This document shows, piece after piece, positions 10,392-19,650 of a stretch of DNA of 64,000 bases. This DNA comes from Candidatus Thermosaccharophagus tengchongensis (GTDB taxonomy: Bacteria; Armatimonadota; Fervidibacteria; Fervidibacterales; Thermosaccharophagaceae), in assembly GCA_032161105.1 (NCBI GenBank), contig JAVHTD010000004.1. One strand, given 5' to 3'. How positions within the stretch are numbered: the stretch's first letter is position 1; each line of letters begins with the position of its first letter. Below the pieces are notes generated by a model. That model did no database searches. It was given only the letters and a program-made list of their open reading frames with translations, and was not told the DNA's origin. A program made the translations under genes and the position numbers.

Positions 10392-11732
10392 TCACCTTTG
10401 CTCTTCGTCACCCTTCTTTTGGCTCCCCTCTCCTGTGGCACCCGATGCTGGCTTTGATGGTGAGACCCTGTCAAACACATCCTTAAGCGCTTCCCCAAGC
10501 GTAACCCTCGGCACTTCCTGCTGCCTCATAAGCTCTTGAAGCTGCCTTCTCTCTTCCTCTTGTGCGACCTGCCTCAAGCTGAGCACCAAACGCCTTTGTG
10601 CACTGTTCACCTGTATGACCTTCGCTTCCACTTCCTGCCCAACTGTGAGCACATCGCTCACCCTTGCAATGCGTCTTTCCGAAACTTCGCTTATCGGGAC
10701 GATGCCTTCAATGCCATTCGGCATCCGCACAAAAACGCCCGCCGGAACAATGCGCGTCACCTTCCCCTTAACCCTTGAGCCAACTGGGAAGTCCCTCTCA
10801 GCCGTCTTCCATGGGTCTGGAAGGAGCTGGCGCATGCCCAAAGAGAGGCGCTCTGTCTCGGGGTCAAAATCAAGCACTACAACTTGAACGACATCGCCCT
10901 CCTTCAGCATTTCAGATGGATGATCAAGGCGAGTCCATGACATCTCACTCACATGAAGCAAACCCTCAATCCCACCGACATCAATGAACGCACCGTAATC
11001 CCTAATCCTCCTGACGACGCCCTGAAGCACTTCACCAACTTTGATCTTCTTGAGCGTCTCCTCTTTCATCCGCTGCCTTTCCTCTTCAAGCGCTATCGTG
11101 TTTGAGCAGATAACCCTCCTTCGCTCCCTGTCAAGCTCAATTATCTTGACTCGTATGGCTCTCCCGATGAAGTTTTCAAGGCGCTTTCTTCTCCCAAGGT
11201 AAACTTGCGATGCCGGCACAAAGCCATCAATGCCAAGGTCAACCACTAAGCCACCCCTCACCCTGTCCTTGACCATCGCCGTCAATATCTCTCCCTTCTC
11301 ATACGCCTCAACAATCCTTCGCCATGTGCGCTCATAGTCAGCGCGCCTCTTTGAGAGGACTATCAATCCCTCACGCTCATCCCTCTCCTCCTCAACGCGC
11401 AAAACATAGACCTCAACCTTCTCTCCCACCTTAGCCTCGGAGAGCATATCCCCTCCCCACTCATCGGCTGGTATGAATCCCTCCGACTTTGCGCCGATGT
11501 CAACCATCACGCCATCTTGGCGGACTTGAACTATGGTGCCGATGAGTATGTCACCGCGCTTTATCTCGGGGAGCGATGTGACCACTTCCTCAAACGGCAC
11601 CTCATCAGAAACTGCCTCTTCAAGTTGAGCATCTGGCTCGCCCTCAAGTTGGGCGCGCCGCTTCAGCCTCTCTTCCTCCTTCAAAACCTTTTCCACGAGT
11701 TCGCTCTCGTCCCTATCACTGATGTCGCTCAT
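10392..11732 (-). CDS. rpsA: 30S ribosomal protein S1 (four S1 domains)
   Basis: VDIGAKSEGFIP, LSKRRA, GGLVVDLGIDGFVPASQ, YGAFIDVGGIEGLLHVSEMSW, LSLGMRQL. ATG 11732 preferred over the track start at 11768. Confidence 0.93.
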   Translation of the reverse strand: MSDISDRDESELVEKVLKEEERLKRRAQLEGEPDAQLEEAVSDEVPFEEVVTSLPEIKRGDILIGTIVQVRQDGVMVDIGAKSEGFIPADEWGGDMLSEAKVGEKVEVYVLRVEEERDEREGLIVLSKRRADYERTWRRIVEAYEKGEILTAMVKDRVRGGLVVDLGIDGFVPASQVYLGRRKRLENFIGRAIRVKIIELDRERRRVICSNTIALEEERQRMKEETLKKIKVGEVLQGVVRRIRDYGAFIDVGGIEGLLHVSEMSWTRLDHPSEMLKEGDVVQVVVLDFDPETERLSLGMRQLLPDPWKTAERDFPVGSRVKGKVTRIVPAGVFVRMPNGIEGIVPISEVSERRIARVSDVLTVGQEVEAKVIQVNSAQRRLVLSLRQVAQEEERRQLQELMRQQEVPRVTLGEALKDVFDRVSPSKPASGATGEGSQKKGDEEQR

Positions 11733-11836
11733 CCTTAACACCACCCTTAAACAATGGAATGATTGCACTTCATCACCGCCGCGATCACAAGCCGATAACT
11801 CGCAGCCGGATTGGCATCATCTACTGCATGTGCAAT

Positions 11837-14620
11837 TCACTGCACTTTATCCATCTCAAGCCAGTTGCTGCCGACCTTGATGTCAACTTTGAGCGGCACA
11901 CGCAACTCAACCACGCTCTCCATGATATCGCGCATGAGCTTGATAAGCTCATCAACCTCATCATCACTGGCTTCACATACAAGCTCATCGTGCACCTGCA
12001 TTATGAGTTTTGAGCGCATTCCCCTTCTCCTCATTTCGCTCCACAGGCGCACCATCGCCAGCTTCATTATATCGGCAGCACTGCCCTGTATCGGTGCATT
12101 GATTGCGACCCTCTTTGCGGCTTCCCTCTCACGCTCATCCGAGCTCGTTATGCCCCTTATGTATCTCCGCCTGCCAAACATCGTCGCCACATAGCCATGT
12201 TCGCTTGCGTGCGCAATAGTTCCCTCAATGTAGCGGTGCACATCCGGATAGCGGTTCAAGTAGCTGCGTATGTAACTTGCAGCTTCATCCTCACTTATAC
12301 GAAGCTGTTGCGATAGCCCAAGCGAGCTCATCCCATATATGATGCCGAAGTTTATCACCTTGGCTTTTCGGCGCATGTCCTCATTGACTTGCTCCAATGA
12401 GACGCCGAATATGCTTGCCGCAGTGGCTGCGTGGATATCCTCCCCGCGCATAAATGCATCGCACAGCGCTTCATCGCCGGAGATGTGCGCGAGCACGCGC
12501 AACTCTATCTGCGAATAGTCGGCGCTGATGAGCTTATACCCTGGCGGCGCTATGAAAGCGCGCCTTATGCGCTTACCCCAATCCGTCCTTATCGGTATGT
12601 TTTGCAAGTTGGGGGAGCTTGAACTGAGCCTGCCAGTTGAGGCGCCGGCTTGGTCATAGTTCGTGTGCACCCTGCCGGTTTGCGCATCGGCAAGCTCAAG
12701 CAAACCTTCAATGTAGGTGTTGTGCAACTTCTCAAGCTCTCTATACTCAAGCACCCTTGCGGCAATTTCATGCTGTGGTGCGAGTGCCTCAAGCACATCT
12801 GACGCCGTTGAGTAGCCCGTCTTTATCCTCCTGCCCCTTGGCAGCTTCAGCCTCTCAAACAGCACATGCCCAAGTTGCTTTGGGGAGCGTATGTTAAACC
12901 TGATGCCGGCAAGCGAGTAAACGACCTCTTCAAGCTTGCGCAACTCGGCTTGTGCCTCCTCGGACAGCTGCTGAAGGTATTGAATGTCAATGAGCACGCC
13001 GTGACGCTCCATGTCCGCAAGCACGAATGATAGTGGCTGTTCAATGCTGCACAGCAGCTCTTGCATGCCGCATGAGGTCAAGTGCGGCTCAAAGCGCTCG
13101 CAGGCAATGTGGGTTATGCAAACAGCCCTTGCAAGGCGCATCATCAAATCCTCATCGCCGCGCGCTGCACCGATGCATCGCACATTCACATTGATGCTCA
13201 GCCACCTTGCGAGGTCATCCAATTCATAGTCGCCTTTATCTGGGTCGTAAAGGTATGCCATCAATCTGGCATCCCGCCATGCACCGCTGAGCGCAGCTTC
13301 AGTTGAGATATCATCCAATAGCTCGCCACAGTGGCGCAGCATCCCCTTCAAGTCGTGAACTCGCTTTTGCAAGCTGGTGTCGTTTAGCAGCTGCACAAGC
13401 CATGAGGGTAAACTGAGGTCTCGTTTCACCTCTTCCCGCTGCAGATCAAACAGGGAGGGTTGTATCGGTTTGTGGCTAAGTGGCTTTGAGCCAGTTGGCA
13501 AGCCTTCTGGAGACGCATCTTGGGCACTGCTGAGCGGAATGCAATAAACATGCATCCCATCAATGCTCATTGCCACACACTTCAACTTGCCATCGGCACA
13601 GAGTGAAATCGTCACCGAGCCATGTTGACGAATGGTTGAAAGCAAGTCAGCTGCAGTGCTCGCATCCACAACCTCACATGAGGCTGTGACCTCTTGCAAG
13701 ATGAACTTGCGCAACCCGAGCTCATCAATCAGGCGCTCAAACTCAAGCCTCTGGAAAAACCTCGCCACTTCCTCACTTTGCAATCTGAGGCGCTCAATTG
13801 AGCACCTATCCCAATCAACATCAATCGGCGCATCATCACGGAGCAAAGTTAGTTCACGCCAGCGGCGCGCTTTATCAGCGTGCTGCAGTATCGCTTCCCT
13901 GAGGCGCTCGTCGGCTATCCTCGGCGCAGACTCAATCACTTTCTCAAGGTCGCCGAATTCCGAAATGAGCCTTTGCGCCGTGCGCTCACCGATGCCGGGT
14001 ATTCCAGGGATGTTGTCGGAAGCATCACCGCTCAGGGCTTTCAAGTCCGGTATCTGCTTCGGTGACACGCCAATTTCCCTCTCCACCAAAGCGACATCAT
14101 AAACGACTGTGTCACTTATCCCGCGCCTGCATGAGATCACCTTCACCTTATCGCTCACGAGTTGAAGCGCATCCATATCGCCGGTCACAAGATAAACTTC
14201 CATACCGCTCTCTTCCGCGCGCCTCGCCACAGTCGCCATCAGGTCATCAGCCTCATATCCGGGGACTCGCCATACCTCTATACCGGCGAGCCTCAAAAAC
14301 TCCTCAGCTAACTTGACCTGCTCTCGGAAGCTCTCAGGGGCACGCTCACGCTGCGCCTTGTAACCTTCATAAGCCTCATGACGGAATGTCGCTCCGGGCG
14401 CATCAAACACAACCGCTATGTGCGTTGGCTTGTGCTCACGGAGTATTTTCAAAAGCATCCTCACAAAGCCATAGACGGCATTCGTGTGTATGCCCTCCCT
14501 CGTTATGAGCGGTGTGATTGCATGGAATGCCCTGAAGAGCAAGTTATGCCCGTCAACGATGAAAAGTCTCCCTTGAGATTTGCCACCTTCGGCAGCGCTG
14601 TCATGGTTAAGTTGAACCAA
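11837..14620 (-). CDS. polA: DNA polymerase I
   Basis: 5'-3' exonuclease IVDGHNLLFRAFHA, YEADD, GDASDNIPG; polymerase TGRLSSSSPNLQNIP, ADYSQIELR, AKVINFGIIYG, QVHDEL. Confidence 0.97.
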   Translation of the reverse strand: MVQLNHDSAAEGGKSQGRLFIVDGHNLLFRAFHAITPLITREGIHTNAVYGFVRMLLKILREHKPTHIAVVFDAPGATFRHEAYEGYKAQRERAPESFREQVKLAEEFLRLAGIEVWRVPGYEADDLMATVARRAEESGMEVYLVTGDMDALQLVSDKVKVISCRRGISDTVVYDVALVEREIGVSPKQIPDLKALSGDASDNIPGIPGIGERTAQRLISEFGDLEKVIESAPRIADERLREAILQHADKARRWRELTLLRDDAPIDVDWDRCSIERLRLQSEEVARFFQRLEFERLIDELGLRKFILQEVTASCEVVDASTAADLLSTIRQHGSVTISLCADGKLKCVAMSIDGMHVYCIPLSSAQDASPEGLPTGSKPLSHKPIQPSLFDLQREEVKRDLSLPSWLVQLLNDTSLQKRVHDLKGMLRHCGELLDDISTEAALSGAWRDARLMAYLYDPDKGDYELDDLARWLSINVNVRCIGAARGDEDLMMRLARAVCITHIACERFEPHLTSCGMQELLCSIEQPLSFVLADMERHGVLIDIQYLQQLSEEAQAELRKLEEVVYSLAGIRFNIRSPKQLGHVLFERLKLPRGRRIKTGYSTASDVLEALAPQHEIAARVLEYRELEKLHNTYIEGLLELADAQTGRVHTNYDQAGASTGRLSSSSPNLQNIPIRTDWGKRIRRAFIAPPGYKLISADYSQIELRVLAHISGDEALCDAFMRGEDIHAATAASIFGVSLEQVNEDMRRKAKVINFGIIYGMSSLGLSQQLRISEDEAASYIRSYLNRYPDVHRYIEGTIAHASEHGYVATMFGRRRYIRGITSSDEREREAAKRVAINAPIQGSAADIMKLAMVRLWSEMRRRGMRSKLIMQVHDELVCEASDDEVDELIKLMRDIMESVVELRVPLKVDIKVGSNWLEMDKVQ

Positions 14621-14626
14621 CCAGCA

Positions 14627-16138
14627 TCACCTCACATTCGTTGCCCATTCACCTTGGGTGCGCGGCGCTCCCCTAAGGCGAATGGCGAGCCATTTTACAC
14701 CATGTCCAGCAGCAGCACATAACAATGGCTCTATCGGCATGCGCAGGCGCGAGAGATTGAAGTGACCGGCAATGCCCCCGGTCAAAGTGAAGTAAAGCAT
14801 CATCGCCACTGTAAGCGATGCGGCAAGAGCATTCCCTCCCGCCACAAAGAGACCAATTGCAGCGAAGGCATAAACGCAGAGCTCAACCAGCAGCATTACA
14901 AGCCATAACAATGTCACCAAGGGATAGCGCAAAAAGCGCTCTTCCATTGCGAGCTCAAATGCCTCTTTAAACCTGAACTTGAGCAACCTGCGAAGGACTT
15001 GAGCGCTTAAACCGCCCACACCTCTTGGCGGTGGCACTTCACCATAGAGCGTCCCAAGCAGCGTTGAATAGGAAACAAATGGCACCCACATTAGCAGGCA
15101 ACCATGCAAGTAACGGCGAAGTGATTCCTTCCACTCCGTCAATACAATATGCCGACTGACTTGGGATAGCTCTATCGCTTTCTCCGGGTGGCGCTCACAA
15201 AAGATGTGCAAGTTGAGCGCATCTGACGGAGTATAACTCCACCCAAAGCGCATTGAAGCCAGCTTGAGCAATGCCTCATCAGACTCATCCAAGCTCATCC
15301 CGTAGCGCTCACTCAAAATTTGACTGGCAAAGAATGTGAGGGTGACTTGCCCATTGGTGTCAATGAGATACCTTCCGAGAGTAAAGCGGTTGCGCAGCAT
15401 CCATGGTAAGACAATGAGCAGTGCTGTTACAACCAACACCAATGATTGCATCACGCGCGCACGATATGAGCACTGCCGGCATGCGAACAATGTAAGCAAC
15501 GCAAGCAGCGGTAAAGCGCCGATGGCTACAGAGCGGCATAGCACTGCGATGCCGGATAGCACACCGCAAATTACAAACCATCCAATCGCATTAGCGTGCC
15601 TATTGCGAGCATGCATCAAATATCCATGCAAGAATGCCGCCAACGCACCGCAGATGAGGGCGCTAAACAAAGTTTCGCTCATGAGCACAACGCACATCGC
15701 TATGCTGAGCGGATTAATGGCAAACAACAGCATTGCATGCACAGCACCGCTACCAAACAGCGCTTTTGTGAGCATCCCCAAAAGCGCAACTGTGATTACG
15801 CTCACAACAATTTGCGCTAACACTGCAATGCGCTCATTAGCTCCGAATGCGCGATACAACAAAGCCAAGAATGCAGGGTATGCTGGCGGGCGAAGGAAGT
15901 ATGGCTCATCGTTGATGGAGAAGCTCCCCCTGAAGGCAACATTTATCGCCAGACGATGATAGCGCTCCGAATCGCCTGGCACAAAGCTGCGCTCAGGATG
16001 AACCAACACAGGGAGGGCAAACAAAAGGCGCAGCAGAAGGGCAAGCACGATGGGCACCATGCGGCAAAAGGGATCCATAACATTCTCACTTGCAACCCCG
16101 CCAAAGAGCACATTTAAACGAGGCATTTGCATCGGCAA
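14627..16138 (-). CDS. GT-C fold membrane glycosyltransferase (ArnT/PMT, GT39-like)
   Basis: Multi-TM protein with GDSERY, RPPAYPAFL, LMSETL, PWMLRN and RLRMPIEP motifs. Start uncertain. Confidence 0.75.
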   Translation of the reverse strand: MPMQMPRLNVLFGGVASENVMDPFCRMVPIVLALLLRLLFALPVLVHPERSFVPGDSERYHRLAINVAFRGSFSINDEPYFLRPPAYPAFLALLYRAFGANERIAVLAQIVVSVITVALLGMLTKALFGSGAVHAMLLFAINPLSIAMCVVLMSETLFSALICGALAAFLHGYLMHARNRHANAIGWFVICGVLSGIAVLCRSVAIGALPLLALLTLFACRQCSYRARVMQSLVLVVTALLIVLPWMLRNRFTLGRYLIDTNGQVTLTFFASQILSERYGMSLDESDEALLKLASMRFGWSYTPSDALNLHIFCERHPEKAIELSQVSRHIVLTEWKESLRRYLHGCLLMWVPFVSYSTLLGTLYGEVPPPRGVGGLSAQVLRRLLKFRFKEAFELAMEERFLRYPLVTLLWLVMLLVELCVYAFAAIGLFVAGGNALAASLTVAMMLYFTLTGGIAGHFNLSRLRMPIEPLLCAAAGHGVKWLAIRLRGAPRTQGEWATNVR

Positions 16139-16254
16139 CTCATCACCTCGGGATCTGAAAGCTCATTTTTGAGCCAGCCACAATAGAATTTTGATGGGCA
16201 ATGACTTGAGAGACAACGCGGCGTCTCTCTCAATGATTCCATTCGCACAGTCAC

Positions 16255-17820
16255 ATGATTGAGGGTGCGCACTCGCATGTGCCAGCCAACTATGGGGATG
16301 CTATCATGTGCAATTTCAAGCGGCATTGTGTGCTTGTAAGCGAGGTCCTCGCTTACACGGCAATCTTGCGCCACAGCACTTTTGCAAGCGGATATGACCT
16401 CGCCACCCATTCGCAATTCTGTTGGTTGATAAGTCACTACGGCTTCCTTGAACCGTCCACAATCTTATCCTCAGCGGCGCCGAATTTCCATGTAAGCCCA
16501 TTAGCCGATCACTTTTCGGTCGTCCTAATGCCCCTCGCAATCATTTATGGACTTATCCCTTCCCCTCTAACCCTCGTCATCGCTCAAGCCATATGCGCTT
16601 GGCTTTTCATCATTGGCATCGCTCACATAATTCACAAGCGCCTGAGCAATCAATTCGCCGCCATCATTGCCTCAATAGCTCTGTCGCTTTACCCTCCGCT
16701 TCACTTCCAAGTCAGGAATGACTTTCATACCGACGCTTTCATCATGCTCGCAATCCCATGGCTTTGGGTGGGCATCACTGAGCAAAGGCATTGGTTGTTC
16801 TTTTTGTCGCTTCTCCTTGCGCTCTCTGCGAAGGAGACATGCGCACTGGTGATGTTGATGTTTGGGATGGCGCTGTTAGCCAAAAGGCAATATCGCAAGT
16901 TTGGCGTGTGGATGTGCACCGCTTCAATGGCATGGCTTTTCGCGTCTCAAATTTTGCTCCATATGCTGCGCAACGGCAAACCGCAACCTGCGACGGTTTG
17001 GTATTACGGCTACCTTGGAAACAACCTGATGGAAATCACCCTTAACGCTATTTGTCACCCATCAAAGCCGCTGAGGCTTTTGTTCTCCGAGGATGCTCTG
17101 CTTTCAGCCGCACAAATGCTCCTTCCGTTGCTCCTTTTGCCAATCATTCGCCCGCTTCTCTTTGTGCCGTCACTTGTGCCATTCGTGCAGGCTTTTATCT
17201 CCAGATGGCAACCGACAAGGAACATCATCTATCAAGGCATGATGCAATGTTCTGGGTTGCTCATTCTCGGATGCGTTGAGGCAATCGGATTTATTGCCGA
17301 CACGGTCAAGAAGGGATGTAAGGACAACGAAGCGAAAGCGCACAACTTTTGCGAATTCGCGGTTGCATGCTGGCTTCTCTTCAGTGCTCTGCTCTCTTGG
17401 CAATTGTGCTTCCCGCACCAGTTATACTTGAGGCGTGAGGTGAAGCTCGCAAACATCACAAGAGTGCAAGCCATAAGGGAAGCATTGAACCTCATACCAG
17501 AAGATGCGCCTGTAATAGCTTCGTGGCATCTCTTACCACACCTTGCAAATAGGCGTTTTGCTTGGTTATTTGAGTGGCACAACCCGCTGCGAAACGAGCG
17601 CGGCAAATTAACGCCGAAGTGGCGCGGTAAAATGCCACACGATGAAGTCTACATCGCCATTGAGCTGATGCCATTGGATGCATGGAAGCCAATCACGCCG
17701 CAGCAACTTGACGAAATGAAGCGCTGGCGCGAAATTGAGACATTGGTTGAAAATGAGTATATTGCCCTGTTCAGGTATCGTTGCACCACAGGGCATTCTG
17801 ACAAGGAACACAACGGTTGA
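16255..17820 (+). CDS. DUF2079-like polytopic membrane protein (probable GT-C glycosyltransferase)
   Basis: RH..F.SGYDL, DHFS, DFHTD, KE and YYGYLG motifs, plus C-terminal LIPEDAPVIAS..LPHLANR. Confidence 0.7.
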   Translation: MIEGAHSHVPANYGDAIMCNFKRHCVLVSEVLAYTAILRHSTFASGYDLATHSQFCWLISHYGFLEPSTILSSAAPNFHVSPLADHFSVVLMPLAIIYGLIPSPLTLVIAQAICAWLFIIGIAHIIHKRLSNQFAAIIASIALSLYPPLHFQVRNDFHTDAFIMLAIPWLWVGITEQRHWLFFLSLLLALSAKETCALVMLMFGMALLAKRQYRKFGVWMCTASMAWLFASQILLHMLRNGKPQPATVWYYGYLGNNLMEITLNAICHPSKPLRLLFSEDALLSAAQMLLPLLLLPIIRPLLFVPSLVPFVQAFISRWQPTRNIIYQGMMQCSGLLILGCVEAIGFIADTVKKGCKDNEAKAHNFCEFAVACWLLFSALLSWQLCFPHQLYLRREVKLANITRVQAIREALNLIPEDAPVIASWHLLPHLANRRFAWLFEWHNPLRNERGKLTPKWRGKMPHDEVYIAIELMPLDAWKPITPQQLDEMKRWREIETLVENEYIALFRYRCTTGHSDKEHNG

Positions 17821-19067
17821 GCGTGACAATCATGCGCCTGATGCTAATTTCCCATGCTTGCGTCCATCAGTCATACCTTCACAGCAAGCTTTTGCCGATG
17901 CTCAAGGCTGCAAGGGATTTGCACGCCATCATCGTAACGCCAAAGTGGTGGATTGAGGGCAGCACCAAGGTGAACGGGAAAACCGTCTCATTGCGCCATA
18001 ACAACAGCCTCGCAATTTCACTCCCGCTGCCAACACTGTTTACTGGACTGCAGTTTGCCCACTTTTATCCGATGCTCCATTCCCTTATCCTCAGGTGGAG
18101 ACCAGAGATTGTCCATGTTGAAGAAGAGCCAATGAGCCTTTCGTGTGCGCATGCAGGGCTGCTCACAAAAACGCTCATTAGCCATTCTCCGTTCATCTTC
18201 TTCACATGGGAGAATTTGCACCAGCGTTGGAAGATGCCGAATTTGCGCTCCATTTTTTACCCGCTGTTTGAGCGCATCAGCTACGCATGCGCTGACCTTG
18301 CAATTGCTGGGACTAAGATGGCAATGCGCATACTGCGTGAGCGCGGCTTTGATAAGCCAGTCATCGTATGCCCACAGTTTGGCGTTGACATCAGGCGCTT
18401 CTCGCCAATGACACCCTCTCAAAGGGCTTCCCTGAGGGCAAAATTTGGTTTGGCGGAAGAAAGCGGTTCGTTCATCATCGGCTATGTTGGGCGCATTATC
18501 CCAGAAAAGGGGATTGACTTGCTAATGCATGCCGTAGCTGGGCTTGAGAAGGCTCAATTGGTAATAGCTGGCGATGGCTGGATGCTTCCGATGCTGAAGA
18601 GGCTTTCCAAGGAAATTGGTCTGCAAGGGCGCGTCAAATTCATCGGCGCTATCCCACATGAAAATTTGCCACAACTGCTCAATGCCATTGATGTCCTCGT
18701 CCTGCCATCACGCTCAATGCCACATTGGAAAGAGCAATTTGGAAGAGTCCTTGTTGAGGCAATGGCATGCGGAACACCAGTCATAGGCTCTTCATCGGGT
18801 GCAATACCTGAGGTCATTGGAGATTGCGGGCTCGTATTCCGAGAGGGAAACATTGACGAGCTGCGCTCGCATATTTTGAGGGTTGCAAACGATTACGAGC
18901 TGCGAATGGAATTATCACAAAGGGGCAGGATGCGCGCCATCAGCCAATTTAGCAGTGAAGTCGTCGCCAAAAAGACACTCAAAGCATACGAACAGTCATT
19001 GCGGGCAAAATGGGAAACTTCCAGAGCTTGTGAAGCCGTCCATCAAACGCCCACTGATTGCCCTTAA
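17817..19067 (+). CDS. Glycosyltransferase family 4
   Basis: VHVEEEP, PQFGVD, YVGRIIPEKG, LVLPSRS..WKEQFGRVLVEAMACG. Overlaps the upstream stop codon (TTGA). Confidence 0.9.
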   Translation: MSVTIMRLMLISHACVHQSYLHSKLLPMLKAARDLHAIIVTPKWWIEGSTKVNGKTVSLRHNNSLAISLPLPTLFTGLQFAHFYPMLHSLILRWRPEIVHVEEEPMSLSCAHAGLLTKTLISHSPFIFFTWENLHQRWKMPNLRSIFYPLFERISYACADLAIAGTKMAMRILRERGFDKPVIVCPQFGVDIRRFSPMTPSQRASLRAKFGLAEESGSFIIGYVGRIIPEKGIDLLMHAVAGLEKAQLVIAGDGWMLPMLKRLSKEIGLQGRVKFIGAIPHENLPQLLNAIDVLVLPSRSMPHWKEQFGRVLVEAMACGTPVIGSSSGAIPEVIGDCGLVFREGNIDELRSHILRVANDYELRMELSQRGRMRAISQFSSEVVAKKTLKAYEQSLRAKWETSRACEAVHQTPTDCP

Positions 19068-19148
19068 AGCATTCGCCCCCGTGACGCTCAAATGGCATAT
19101 GATACATACGCATCTTGACAAGCCAAAAGTCTCGCACAACCGCTCGTC

Positions 19149-19538
19149 TTAAAAAGGCGGCTTCTCAGGAGGTAAAGGCGCTGGGACGGCGAATTCTTTG
19201 CCATCACTCGGCTCACCCGACTCGGGAGTTTCATTCCCCTTCGCATCCTTCGCCCTAACCCAAACTTTGTAAGTCTCTTCCACCCCATCATTACGAGTAT
19301 TCGCCCCTGCCATTATTGTCCCTTGATAAACTTCACCAGCCAAATTCATCGTCACTTTCACCATTGTCCCATCAGGCTTTTTAACCTCTGCCCAAACTCC
19401 CGCCACCCCAGATGGGTCACTAACTTGAGCAGAAATTTTCACCTCACCACCTGTGAAGTGTGGAAGTAGGGCACCCGATTTGGCTTTGGACTGCAATGAC
19501 AAGCGTAGCACGACAACCCTTTGGATTATGGGCTGCAT
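19149..19538 (-). CDS. Ig-like domain protein, possibly a 5'-truncated relic
   Basis: GGEVKISAQVSDPSGVAGVWAEVKKPDG...YKVWVRAKDAKGN looks like a real Ig-like beta domain with a Pro-rich tail. The track's N-terminal extension to 19607 runs through a terminator hairpin, and no signal peptide is present. Confidence 0.5.
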   Translation of the reverse strand: MQPIIQRVVVLRLSLQSKAKSGALLPHFTGGEVKISAQVSDPSGVAGVWAEVKKPDGTMVKVTMNLAGEVYQGTIMAGANTRNDGVEETYKVWVRAKDAKGNETPESGEPSDGKEFAVPAPLPPEKPPF

Positions 19539-19539
19539 C

Positions 19540-19592
19540 AAAAAGCGCCGTCGGCGCTCGGGCGCATTACTATGCGCCCCCACCGACGGCGC
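19540..19592 (-). terminator. Rho-independent terminator of the NHL-repeat gene
   Basis: Minus strand reads GCGCCGTCGG-TG-GGGGCGCAT-AGTA-ATGCGCCC-GAGCG-CCGACGGCGC-TTTTT: a nested GC-rich stem plus U-tract, about 60 nt after the stop at 19651. Confidence 0.8.
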
Positions 19593-19650
19593 AATCAATA
19601 TGGTCACCGTGCCCCCATACTAAGGTAGCCACCAGTGTCCACCGAGATTC

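Noticed and set aside
16255..16345. Possible frameshift at the 5' end of the DUF2079-like gene (a hydrophobic stretch in another frame)
   Set aside because: The main frame is open and has usable starts; the evidence is too weak without homolog alignment.
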